From IMG/VR virus record IMGVR_UViG_2721755712_000003, positions 1 to 28,313 of that record: 28,313 bases of DNA; one strand, written 5' to 3'. Origin of the DNA: a virus. Lineage: Duplodnaviria > Heunggongvirae > Uroviricota > Caudoviricetes. A program made the position numbers and the translations under genes. A model generated the notes under the pieces. That model saw only the letters and a list, made by a program, of their open reading frames with translations. It was not told the DNA's origin and did no database searches. This document shows, one piece after another, positions 1-8,075 of the stretch. Every line of letters starts with the position of its first letter. Position 1 is the stretch's first letter.

Positions 1-996
1 TTAACGAACCAGCCAGACCAGCATCAGGATAATCGCGACTAACAGTATCCACAGCGCGGGACGCGTTGCCATATTTTGCAACGTGTCCATCATCGGTGGA
101 AAAGGATTAAGCAGCGGTTGCATAACACGCGGATCAATCCCTTTAACCCGCCGTTGATAAAGCTGATTAAGAATATCCTCGGCCTGGGCAGAAGAAAGCG
201 ATGATTGCGCAGAAAGACCATATTTTTGCTGGATATATGCCGATAACGCCGCCAGTTCACTGGCATCTAAAGGTTGTTTTAGCGTCATCTGTAGTGATTC
301 CAGCGTCGGCGTATTTTGCTGGCTTAGCGTCTGACGCGCCTGTAGCCAGGTCACCAGATGGTTAAACAGTTTCGCTGGAATTAACTCGCCATCTTTCACC
401 CCGGAAAGTTCCAGCATCGATTGCCAGATCTGTTTGCTGGGTTCCCCCGTTGCCGCCGCAAGTTTGGTCACCAGCTGTTTTAGCGCATTGTGCTCCGCCG
501 GTAATAAAGGACGGTCGGTCGCCTCGCGCTGCTGTGGTTGCGGAATAACCATCTTCCCTTCCTGCAACAGGGTGAGAATGGTTTTTAATTGCTCCGGTGA
601 GAGCTGATTCAGCGGCGTCTGACCAAAGTTATGACGGATATAATCCGTGACCGCCTGACGATTATTCCCCAGACGTAAATACTCCCCTAATTGCGCTAAA
701 AGCTGGCGGGCAGAATGGCTTTTTTGCGCGGCCAGCAGACGTTGCGCCAGATTATGCTCAGCGGCAGGGAAGTGACGCGAAAGCAGCGGTGAATCTCCCG
801 ACAGACCAATATCGTGCCTGATACCCGCCCACAGTTCTGCTCTTTGCTGTTGCGTCAGTGAGGTCACTTTCGTCATTAAGCTTTCCAGCGAAGTACGTTG
901 CTGACTGGATAAAGGCTGATTGCCCGTGCCAGACGGCAGATTATCTCCCTGACCTGGTGGTTGCCCAGGAGGAGGGCCGGAAATAGGTTGTATCAT
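1..996 (-). CDS. hypothetical Pro/Gln-rich protein with C-terminal transmembrane anchor (probable host flank gene)
   Basis: 331-aa ORF, ATG at 994-996 with AAGGA SD 9 nt upstream, stop at 1-3. N-terminus PPPGQPPGQ low complexity; C-terminal hydrophobic stretch ALWILLVAIILMLVWLV. Family not recognised. Confidence 0.5.
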   Translation of the reverse strand: MIQPISGPPPGQPPGQGDNLPSGTGNQPLSSQQRTSLESLMTKVTSLTQQQRAELWAGIRHDIGLSGDSPLLSRHFPAAEHNLAQRLLAAQKSHSARQLLAQLGEYLRLGNNRQAVTDYIRHNFGQTPLNQLSPEQLKTILTLLQEGKMVIPQPQQREATDRPLLPAEHNALKQLVTKLAAATGEPSKQIWQSMLELSGVKDGELIPAKLFNHLVTWLQARQTLSQQNTPTLESLQMTLKQPLDASELAALSAYIQQKYGLSAQSSLSSAQAEDILNQLYQRRVKGIDPRVMQPLLNPFPPMMDTLQNMATRPALWILLVAIILMLVWLVR

Positions 997-1195
997 TACG
1001 TATCCTTATACCTGAAATCTTCGCAAGTATGCCTGGCCGCGAGATTATGGCACACTTGTCCGGTTAACTCTCGTCTCATACAGGTAACACAAACGTGAAA
1101 ATCCTTGTTGATGAAAAAGATGTTGATTTAACTTTTTGATATAAAAGGATTTGTATCGGCGCATGTCCACGCAGTGACCACATTTTCGAGTTATA

Positions 1196-1233
1196 GATAA
1201 CACAAAGCCCGTTTTCACGGGCTTTGTGTTATC
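1196..1233. terminator. perfect 16-bp inverted repeat hairpin (GATAACACAAAGCCCG, loop TTTTCA); possible bidirectional terminator or island boundary
   Basis: Read directly: arm 1196-1211 is the exact reverse complement of 1218-1233. Sits between the 1..996 gene and the AT-rich islet. No clean U-run, so terminator function is inferred. Confidence 0.35.
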
Positions 1234-1245
1234 TGTGATTGTGGC

Positions 1246-2156
1246 TTAGCCGCATGATTTATACTGTTTCCAGTTACAGGCTTCTTGAAGCGGTTTTAGC
1301 GTGGTTGACAGGCCGTTTAAATTGAAAGTTGCACTTACAGGGCTTTCATTATAAGGGGTTATTTTTGCATACATTTTGTTTGAGTTGGCTAGTTTTCTGA
1401 TGAAGTTAATGTCATTGCCTTTATAAAAAACAGCCTTTGTATCTGTAGATACTAGCCAGTTTCGCTCAACTGCTTTCTGTTTATCAAGGCGATACAGCAT
1501 GCTGGTTTGTTCAAGGCCTAAATATACATCCCAATTAAGAAATACTTCGGTTTTCTTTTCTCGGCAAGCTATAAACAGAGTAGGGGTAACCGCTTCTCCA
1601 AATGGAGTTCTTATATAATCATCACTTTCTAACGATAAAATTACATTTTTCGAATCATCAATTGGCGATGTAGTAATGGATGTGTGCCATTTTCCTGTGT
1701 CTGTGGCTTTCTCTAATTTTGATTTAGATTGCGCAACTTTTTCCTGTGGAAATGGTTTATCGTAGCAGTTTATTCTAGTTTCTTTATCGTTTTCTGCTCG
1801 GCATTTAGATATCTCAGAAAGATTTGGTTGCTGAGCCTCTGTTGTTACTAGCTGTTTCGCTTTAGATTTTGAGCTTACAGGCGGAGTAAATGTTGGAGAA
1901 AAAAACGGTCATAACAAGATAAACGTCTGTCATCATCTTTCTCATCAGGGCATTGATCTCTGCTTTCGAATTTTTCAGCAACTGTCGTTCGAGTCGGTTG
2001 TATTGACTTATCATAACAAGAAAGTCTTTCTTTATTATTTTCTATTGCTCGGCACTGGAGTGATGACTTAAAGTTATTATGCTCAGTTGCTGCGTGAGCA
2101 GGTAGCACACTAATTGATATAAATGATGCACCTATAGAAATAATCATATTTTTCAT
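1246..2156 (-). pseudogene. frameshifted gene for a secreted Cys-repeat protein (signal peptide plus three C-x(6-9)-[RK]-[LI]-x-C-Y-D repeats)
   Basis: ORF 1875..2156 (signal peptide MKNMIISIGASFISISVLPAHA, repeats ...KERLSCYDK and ...RRLSCYDRFF) stops at 1875. Reading open in the +1 frame from about 1903 encodes a third repeat (RINCYDKPF) and continues into ORF 1246..1500. The frame switch lies at an A7/T7 homopolymer (1898-1906). AT-rich. Confidence 0.55.
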
Positions 2157-2160
2157 TTTG

Positions 2161-2493
2161 TTATCCCTTTGGTTTAGTAAGAAATACTAAATTTCCGATA
2201 ATGATATTGCAAATAACCCATAAGCCTCCAATAGCAATTAAACCTAAGCCCGTACCAATAACTGTACCGGCTTTTTCGGCATCGGATGTGGCGTTGTTTA
2301 TTATTTCACCCACCTCTCTTAGCCCAACACAAATCGTGTAGATTATAAAAATATTAAATAATATGAAAAAATACTTAATGAGTTCTCCAAAAAATGAACG
2401 TTTAAGTTTTTTCAGTTGTTTGCCACAAGCAGGGCAAGACAATACTGAATCGATCACCTCTTTCTGGCATTCAGGACATTTGATTAATGCCAT
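2161..2493 (-). CDS. zinc-ribbon membrane protein (CPECQ...CPACG followed by two hydrophobic helices)
   Basis: Start ATG 2491-2493 (MALIKCPECQ...) with GGAGG SD at 2502-2506. Stop is 5 bp before the start of the downstream secreted-protein gene, suggesting one operon. AT-rich. Confidence 0.6.
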   Translation of the reverse strand: MALIKCPECQKEVIDSVLSCPACGKQLKKLKRSFFGELIKYFFILFNIFIIYTICVGLREVGEIINNATSDAEKAGTVIGTGLGLIAIGGLWVICNIIIGNLVFLTKPKG

Positions 2494-2549
2494 ATAATCT
2501 GCCTCCTTTGGCTCTCTACTAGCTGACGTTTGTAACAAAACATTTTGAT

Positions 2550-2579
2550 TTTATCAGACTTTTTATTGATATGTGTCAA
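2550..2579 (-). promoter_or_regulatory. candidate sigma70 promoter for the zinc-ribbon operon (TTGACA, 18-nt spacer, GATAAA)
   Basis: Minus-strand TTGACA is the reverse complement of 2574-2579 and GATAAA of 2550-2555, about 50 nt upstream of the start codon. Pattern match only. Confidence 0.3.
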
Positions 2580-3001
2580 TTGATTAGCTGGTATAGAGTG
2601 AGACAGGATGCCTTATCGACCTTACTCTGGCAACTGATTGACGGGGGATTGCTCCCCCGTCGCGGTTTCCTTACTGCTTACACTGTAAGAACGCCGCAAA
2701 CTCCGCTCCCCAGAAACTCATCCGTATTTCACACAGCGAACCGTGCAGCATCCAGATGATGAGGATTGCCGTCACGCAGAACGTGATGGCCGTAAGCGAT
2801 TTTTGCGACATAGCACTTGCTCCTTTTCCGGAGAGGCGCTAACCTTTCACTTGTCAAGGTAATGCGGTTAGGGCCTCGGTTAAACAGATATGTTTTCCGG
2901 GGCCTTTCCACATCCGGCCTTCGGGTATTCCCTCCGACCATCAGCCGAAAGGCACCCGCACGTAATCTATCGCTTTTTTGTTACTCCGGCAATTCTGCCT
3001 G

Positions 3002-3262
3002 TTAATCCTGAGGTAAAGGCAAACTCATCTGATTGTTTCCCCTGTGTGAAGCTGGCAGCTCATGCCACGGGATACCTTCTGATGAGTGAACGCCGGAGGC
3101 GTGTTTCGATGTGAATTTATGGAAAGCTTCCAGTGTTGAGAAGCATACGCCGCATTCCAGATTGTTACACTGGTAATACTTTTGCCGCACGGTGTTTGAA
3201 TCATTTTCCGGACGACTGGTGCGGATACGGGCAGATGCGCCACAAAGCGGACAACGGAACAT
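3002..3262 (-). CDS. ogr: Ogr/Delta-type zinc-finger late-gene transcriptional activator
   Basis: 86 aa, MFRCPLCGASARIRTSR...YYQCNNLECGVCF with the C-x2-C...C-x4-C arrangement typical of P2 Ogr. GGGAGG SD before ATG at 3260-3262. Confidence 0.9.
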   Translation of the reverse strand: MFRCPLCGASARIRTSRPENDSNTVRQKYYQCNNLECGVCFSTLEAFHKFTSKHASGVHSSEGIPWHELPASHRGNNQMSLPLPQD

Positions 3263-4149
3263 AGCGACCTCCCTTAACGTGGTGCTGCCGCTATTCTAAG
3301 TTGCTCACTCTGTTTCCGCTATCCATTCCGGGATTTTTGCCTCAAGCTCAAGCTGCGTGGTAAAGCCGCTGTTATCAATGGTGTGCCCGGCTTTTGCAAT
3401 AATCCAGTCCTGATTATCAATCTCGCTTTTAAATCCTGTTACCGTGCCATGCATTTCGGGGTAGAGCTCTGCACGTCCACGCGCCAGCGTGATGGAGAAT
3501 GATGCGGCTCCGCGTTGTAGTTGCTGCCACTTTGCCGCCGCTGCGCGTCTTGCTGCCTGCTCGTTCTGATAAGTCTTGCGTAACACAAACACATTGCCTT
3601 CCGCGCCTTCCATATAATCACCTTCACGGCTGCTGCTTTTCTCCTTTTTGGGTTTTGGCGGTTTACGGCGTTTCACGCTGACTTTTTTCTTTTTCCCGTA
3701 ATTAAGATCAAGCCAGTAGGCGCGTACCCCCGTATACGCCTCGCGGTCAGCAATGCGGAACTGATGGCGATCGCCGCTGCTGCGTGTAATGGCGAACGAG
3801 GGCAACGGCTGGCCCTGTGCGTTCACGCCACCACCTGGCATGATGAATAACAGATTGCCGCTTTTTACCGTGGTGATTGCACCCAGCATTTCCGCCATGC
3901 GCGTAAGGAAGGACATGTCGCTTTCTTCGGTCTGGTCGGCGTGGTCGATTTCGATATCCATCAGCATTTCGCTGATTTGCGGTTTCAGACCATACCGATG
4001 AGCGATGGCGGATACCACACGCTCAACGGTCACATCATGCCAGGACACCTCACGTTTAACGTTAAATTCATCCCAAAAATCTGCGCTTCTGGCTGAAACA
4101 GTCAGCCTGTCCGGCGGTCCTTCGTGAGCGATTTCATCAACAATGTAAG

Positions 4150-5370
4150 TGTAGATTCAATTGGTCAACGCAACAGTTATGTGAAAACATGGGGTTGCGG
4201 AGGTTTTTTGAATGAGACGAACATTTACAGCAGAGGAAAAAGCCTCTGTTTTTGAACTATGGAAGAACGGAACAGGCTTCAGTGAAATAGCGAATATCCT
4301 GGGTTCAAAACCCGGAACGATCTTCACTATGTTAAGGGATACTGGCGGCATAAAACCCCATGAGCGTAAGCGGGCTGTAGCTCACCTGACACTGTCTGAG
4401 CGCGAGGAGATACGAGCTGGTTTGTCAGCCAAAATGAGCATTCGTGCGATAGCTACTGCGCTGAATCGCAGTCCTTCGACGATCTCACGTGAAGTTCAGC
4501 GTAATCGGGGCAGACGCTATTACAAAGCTGTTGATGCTAATAACCGAGCCAACAGAATGGCGAAAAGGCCAAAACCGTGCTTACTGGATCAAAATTTACC
4601 ATTGCGAAAGCTTGTTCTGGAAAAGCTGGAGATGAAATGGTCTCCAGAGCAAATATCAGGATGGTTAAGGCGAACAAAACCACGTCAAAAAACGCTGCGA
4701 ATATCACCTGAGACAATTTATAAAACGCTGTACTTTCGTAGCCGTGAAGCGCTACACCACCTGAATATACAGCATCTGCGACGGTCGCATAGCCTTCGCC
4801 ATGGCAGGCGTCATACCCGCAAAGGCGAAAGAGGTACGATTAACATAGTGAACGGAACACCAATTCACGAACGTTCCCGAAATATCGATAACAGACGCTC
4901 TCTGGGGCATTGGGAGGGCGATTTAGTCTCAGGTACAAAAAACTCTCATATAGCCACACTTGTAGACCGAAAATCACGTTATACGATCATCCTTAGACTC
5001 AGGGGCAAAGATTCTGTCTCAGTAAATCAGGCTCTTACCGACAAATTCCTGAGTTTACCGTCAGAACTCAGAAAATCACTGACATGGGACAGAGGAATGG
5101 AACTGGCCAGACATCTAGAATTTACTGTCAGCACCGGCGTTAAAGTTTACTTCTGCGATCCTCAGAGTCCTTGGCAGCGGGGAACAAATGAGAACACAAA
5201 TGGGCTAATTCGGCAGTACTTTCCTAAAAAGACATGTCTTGCCCAATATACTCAACATGAACTAGATCTGGTTGCTGCTCAGCTAAACAACAGACCGAGA
5301 AAGACACTGAAGTTCAAAACACCGAAAGAGATAATTGAAAGGAGTGTTGCATTGACAGATTGAATCTACA
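4150..5370 (+). mobile_element. IS30 insertion sequence, complete (1221 bp), flanked by 2-bp target duplication AG
   Basis: Left end TGTAGATTCAATTGGTCAACGCAAC at 4150; right end is its imperfect inverted copy (22 of 25 matches) ending at 5370. AG at 4148-4149 and 5371-5372. Length equals canonical IS30. Confidence 0.95.
4212..5363 (+). CDS. insI: IS30 transposase
   Basis: 383-aa ORF MRRTFTAEEKASVFELWKNGTGFSEIANILG... recognised as the E. coli IS30 transposase (HTH N-terminus, DDE core). Confidence 0.95.
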   Translation: MRRTFTAEEKASVFELWKNGTGFSEIANILGSKPGTIFTMLRDTGGIKPHERKRAVAHLTLSEREEIRAGLSAKMSIRAIATALNRSPSTISREVQRNRGRRYYKAVDANNRANRMAKRPKPCLLDQNLPLRKLVLEKLEMKWSPEQISGWLRRTKPRQKTLRISPETIYKTLYFRSREALHHLNIQHLRRSHSLRHGRRHTRKGERGTINIVNGTPIHERSRNIDNRRSLGHWEGDLVSGTKNSHIATLVDRKSRYTIILRLRGKDSVSVNQALTDKFLSLPSELRKSLTWDRGMELARHLEFTVSTGVKVYFCDPQSPWQRGTNENTNGLIRQYFPKKTCLAQYTQHELDLVAAQLNNRPRKTLKFKTPKEIIERSVALTD

Positions 5371-5794
5371 AGTGCCTTTTTCTGTCAGCGGTTCTCCCTT
5401 CCAGCCAATGAGAACCGTCAGGCGCGCGCCCCGTGGCGGTAGCTGCAACTGACCATCCGCATCATCCAGCGTGATGGTGAGCTGGTCCGCCTCAAATCCC
5501 CGGTTGTCGGTCAGTGACAGGCTCATCAGGCGCTCTGCCACGCCTGACAGCGTTTTACCCTCCGCGAGAATATCAAAATCCGGCATTTTTACGGGGTCTG
5601 TGCCCTGACTGAGCAATTGCATGGTGGTGTCGGTCATCTGCTCCCTCCCTGTGCGGCATGGTCGCATGTGCGTGCGGAGGGGGTTACTGCTTTTTGTTGT
5701 CGCCGTGGCGAGAGAACGGCGCAGGGGTGAGATTACGCGCGTGGTGGGTGATGATTGTTGCCGAATCATTTAACGGATACAAGGGGCTGAAGCT

Positions 5795-6979
5795 ATGAGT
5801 GAAACTCGTTTTCATGGTGCCCGTGTTACGGAAAATACCGACCTGGTAACAGCGATTAACGATGTTGATTCCAGCGTTATCGGTATCGTGGCAACGGCGG
5901 ATGATGCGGACGCGAAGCTGTTCCCGCTGAACAAGCCCACACTGCTGACCCGCGTCAATGACGTGCTGGGAAAATGCGGGACAACGGGGACGCTTTATCG
6001 TGCGCTTAAGGCCATCGCAGACCAGGTGAGTACAAAGGTGATCGTCGTTCGCGTGGCTGAACACAAAGAAGAAGACGGAAAAACGCAGGATCAACTGGTT
6101 ATCGGTGGTTCTGAATCTGACGGCAGCTATACGGGGATGTATGCGCTGCTTGTTGCAGAGCAGGATGAAAGCATCGGATACCGTCCGCGTATTCTGGCCG
6201 CGCCGGAGCTGGACACGGAGGCGGTAACAAAATCCCTGTGCGTGATTGCGGGTAAACTGCGCGCGTTTGTGTATGCCTCATGTCACGGCTGTAACACGAT
6301 GGCTGAGGCGATTACCTACCGCCAGAAATTCAACGAACGTGAGGTGATGCTCTTATGGCCGGACTTCATCGCCTACAACCCGAAAAGTGGCAAAAACGAA
6401 ACGTTCCCCGCGCCTGCCTATGCGTGCGGCCTTCGTGCGTACATTGACCATGAGCAGGGTTGGCACAAATCGCTGTCCAACGTTCCGGTTAAAAATGTGC
6501 TGGGGATGTCCAGGCATGTGTTCTGGTCGTTGCAGGCCGAAGACAGTGATGCCAACAGCCTCAACAACAAAGAAATCACGACCATTATTCGTCGCAACGG
6601 GTTCCGCTTCTGGGGCAACCGCACACCGGAAACGAACGCCTACATCTTTGAGGTGTATACCCGAACCGCACAGGTGCTGGCTGATTCAATTGCGGAAGCG
6701 CAGTTTGAAACCATCGATAGTCCACTGACGCCTGCGAACGTGAAGGATGTTATCAGTGCCATCAGGGCAAAACTGGATTCACTGGTGACTGCCGGGAAAC
6801 TGATTGGGGCGTCGTGCTGGTATGACGTGGTGGATAACAGCACCACGAATTTACGTCAGGGGCGTGTGCGTATTCGCTACAAATATACGCCCGTTCCTCC
6901 GCTGGAAGACATGGAGCTTTACCAGTCGTTTACTGATGAATTCTTTGGTCCCGCATTTGCGGTGCTGGGAGGTGCCTGA
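5795..6979 (+). CDS. FI: contractile tail sheath protein
   Basis: 394 aa, AAGGGG SD; conserved blocks FPLNKP, WPDF, GFRFWGNRT, YKYTPVPPLE matching P2 gpFI. On the opposite strand to the other late genes. Confidence 0.95.
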   Translation: MSETRFHGARVTENTDLVTAINDVDSSVIGIVATADDADAKLFPLNKPTLLTRVNDVLGKCGTTGTLYRALKAIADQVSTKVIVVRVAEHKEEDGKTQDQLVIGGSESDGSYTGMYALLVAEQDESIGYRPRILAAPELDTEAVTKSLCVIAGKLRAFVYASCHGCNTMAEAITYRQKFNEREVMLLWPDFIAYNPKSGKNETFPAPAYACGLRAYIDHEQGWHKSLSNVPVKNVLGMSRHVFWSLQAEDSDANSLNNKEITTIIRRNGFRFWGNRTPETNAYIFEVYTRTAQVLADSIAEAQFETIDSPLTPANVKDVISAIRAKLDSLVTAGKLIGASCWYDVVDNSTTNLRQGRVRIRYKYTPVPPLEDMELYQSFTDEFFGPAFAVLGGA

Positions 6980-7491
6980 TGGCTGTACCAAAACATCTTC
7001 GCTTTTTTACGCTGTTTGTGGATGGTGAAAACGAAGTGGGTAAGGTGACGTCCGTCACCCTGCCTAAACTGACGCGCAAAACCGACAGCTACCGGGGTGG
7101 TGGCATGATGGGTGCGGTAAGTATTGATCTCGGTCTGGACGACTCCGCGCTTGATGCGAGCTTTGTCATGGGGGGCGCAGTTCGTGAGCTGTTCCTTAAG
7201 TATGGCGGCACGATTGACGGCACGCTACTGCGTTTTGCGGGTGAATACTACACCGATGCAGAAAGCGACCTGTATGAAGTCGAAATGCGCGGACGCGTGA
7301 CGGAAATTGATATGGGGGAAGCCAAACAGGGCGAAGCCACATCACACACTTACGCCATTAAAAACACCTACTACAAGCTGAGTGTTAACGATCGTCCGTT
7401 GTGGGAGATTGACCTGCTGAACTTCATTTACCGGAAGGACGGCAAGGACATTGTGCCCGATCGCATCCGTTCCGCGCTTGGGCTTGGCTGA
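6979..7491 (+). CDS. FII: tail tube protein
   Basis: 170 aa; ATG overlaps the FI stop (TGATG), the usual FI-FII position and size. Confidence 0.9.
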   Translation: MAVPKHLRFFTLFVDGENEVGKVTSVTLPKLTRKTDSYRGGGMMGAVSIDLGLDDSALDASFVMGGAVRELFLKYGGTIDGTLLRFAGEYYTDAESDLYEVEMRGRVTEIDMGEAKQGEATSHTYAIKNTYYKLSVNDRPLWEIDLLNFIYRKDGKDIVPDRIRSALGLG

Positions 7492-7545
7492 TAAGTAATA
7501 TGCAGGCGGCGCAGTGCGTCGCCTCTGACTGAAAGGAGTTTCCTG

Positions 7546-7911
7546 ATGAAAGAGACGAAAAACATCGATACCGAAAACACGGTAGTTGCTGACACTGTGA
7601 AAGAAACCAGTGAGCGTGGCGTAAAACTTACCCAACCAATTGAGCGAGGCGGCGAAAAAATCACGTATGTGGAGATCACCGGGGCTATTGAGCAGGCTGG
7701 ATCTCTGCGAGATTTGTCGCTGTCTGATGTGCTGAATCTGAAAGCGGAATCCATGTTTACGCTGCTGTCACGAGTGACATCACCGCGACTGGATGAAGTG
7801 ACGATCAAAAAAATGGCATCCCGTGACTTTATTCAGTTATGTGTGGTTGCCGTAAATTTTTTGAGCGGTGCGGACTCTGGCGGGAAGAACGAACAGGCGA
7901 CGGAAGCCTGA
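7546..7911 (+). CDS. E: tail assembly chaperone gpE (zero-frame product)
   Basis: 121 aa, AAGGAG SD 7 nt upstream; lies between tube and tape-measure genes and contains the slippery heptamer near its 3' end. Confidence 0.8.
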   Translation: MKETKNIDTENTVVADTVKETSERGVKLTQPIERGGEKITYVEITGAIEQAGSLRDLSLSDVLNLKAESMFTLLSRVTSPRLDEVTIKKMASRDFIQLCVVAVNFLSGADSGGKNEQATEA

Positions 7912-8075
7912 TCACGGTTGTGTGCTTTGAGCACATAGAAGACTTTGTGGCAGATATTGCCGTTATTTTTAACTGGTCGCCCGCCGAAATCTTCATGATG
8001 ACGCCCGGCGAAGTGGTTAGCTGGCGTGAGCGGGCGGCACTTCGCAGCGGGAATGCAGACAATGAAGACTCTTGA
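7546..8075 (+). CDS. gpE+E' chaperone fusion made by programmed -1 frameshift at 7857-7863
   Basis: Zero-frame codons AAT TTT TTG (N F L). A -1 slip on T TTT TTG reads TTT GAG CGG..., which is exactly ORF 7839..8075 (FFERCGLW...), ending with TGA at 8073-8075. Confidence 0.75.
7857..7863 (+). promoter_or_regulatory. T-TTT-TTG slippery heptamer for the E/E' -1 frameshift
   Basis: Read directly; frame relationship verified by coordinate arithmetic (E in frame 1, E' in frame 0). Confidence 0.75.

Larger units (their letters stand above)
3305..5637 (-). pseudogene. D: tail protein gpD gene interrupted by IS30 (N-terminal 88 codons at 5373-5637, remainder at 3305-4149)
   Basis: N-fragment starts MTDTTMQLL with GGAGGGAG SD (ATG 5635-5637). 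The reading frame is continuous across the insertion once IS30 and one copy of the AG duplication are removed (checked codon by codon). Reconstructed length about 369 aa against about 387 aa for P2 gpD. Confidence 0.85.

Noticed and set aside
2571-3262. Short ORFs between the zinc-ribbon gene and the D gene (2571..2759, 2729..2941, 2817..3005, 2890..3114, 3025..3243)
   Set aside because: No ribosome-binding sites, mutually overlapping, and 3025..3243 is an alternative frame of ogr. The 2571-3001 region is more likely non-coding prophage end or att flank; a local hairpin (GACGGGGGA-TTGC-TCCCCCGTC, about 2639-2660) was seen but not assigned.
4150-5370. IS30 as the cause of the FI-U inversion
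   Set aside because: IS30 lies inside D, about 270 bp from the nearest inversion breakpoint, with an intact target duplication, which argues for simple insertion and against IS-mediated rearrangement.
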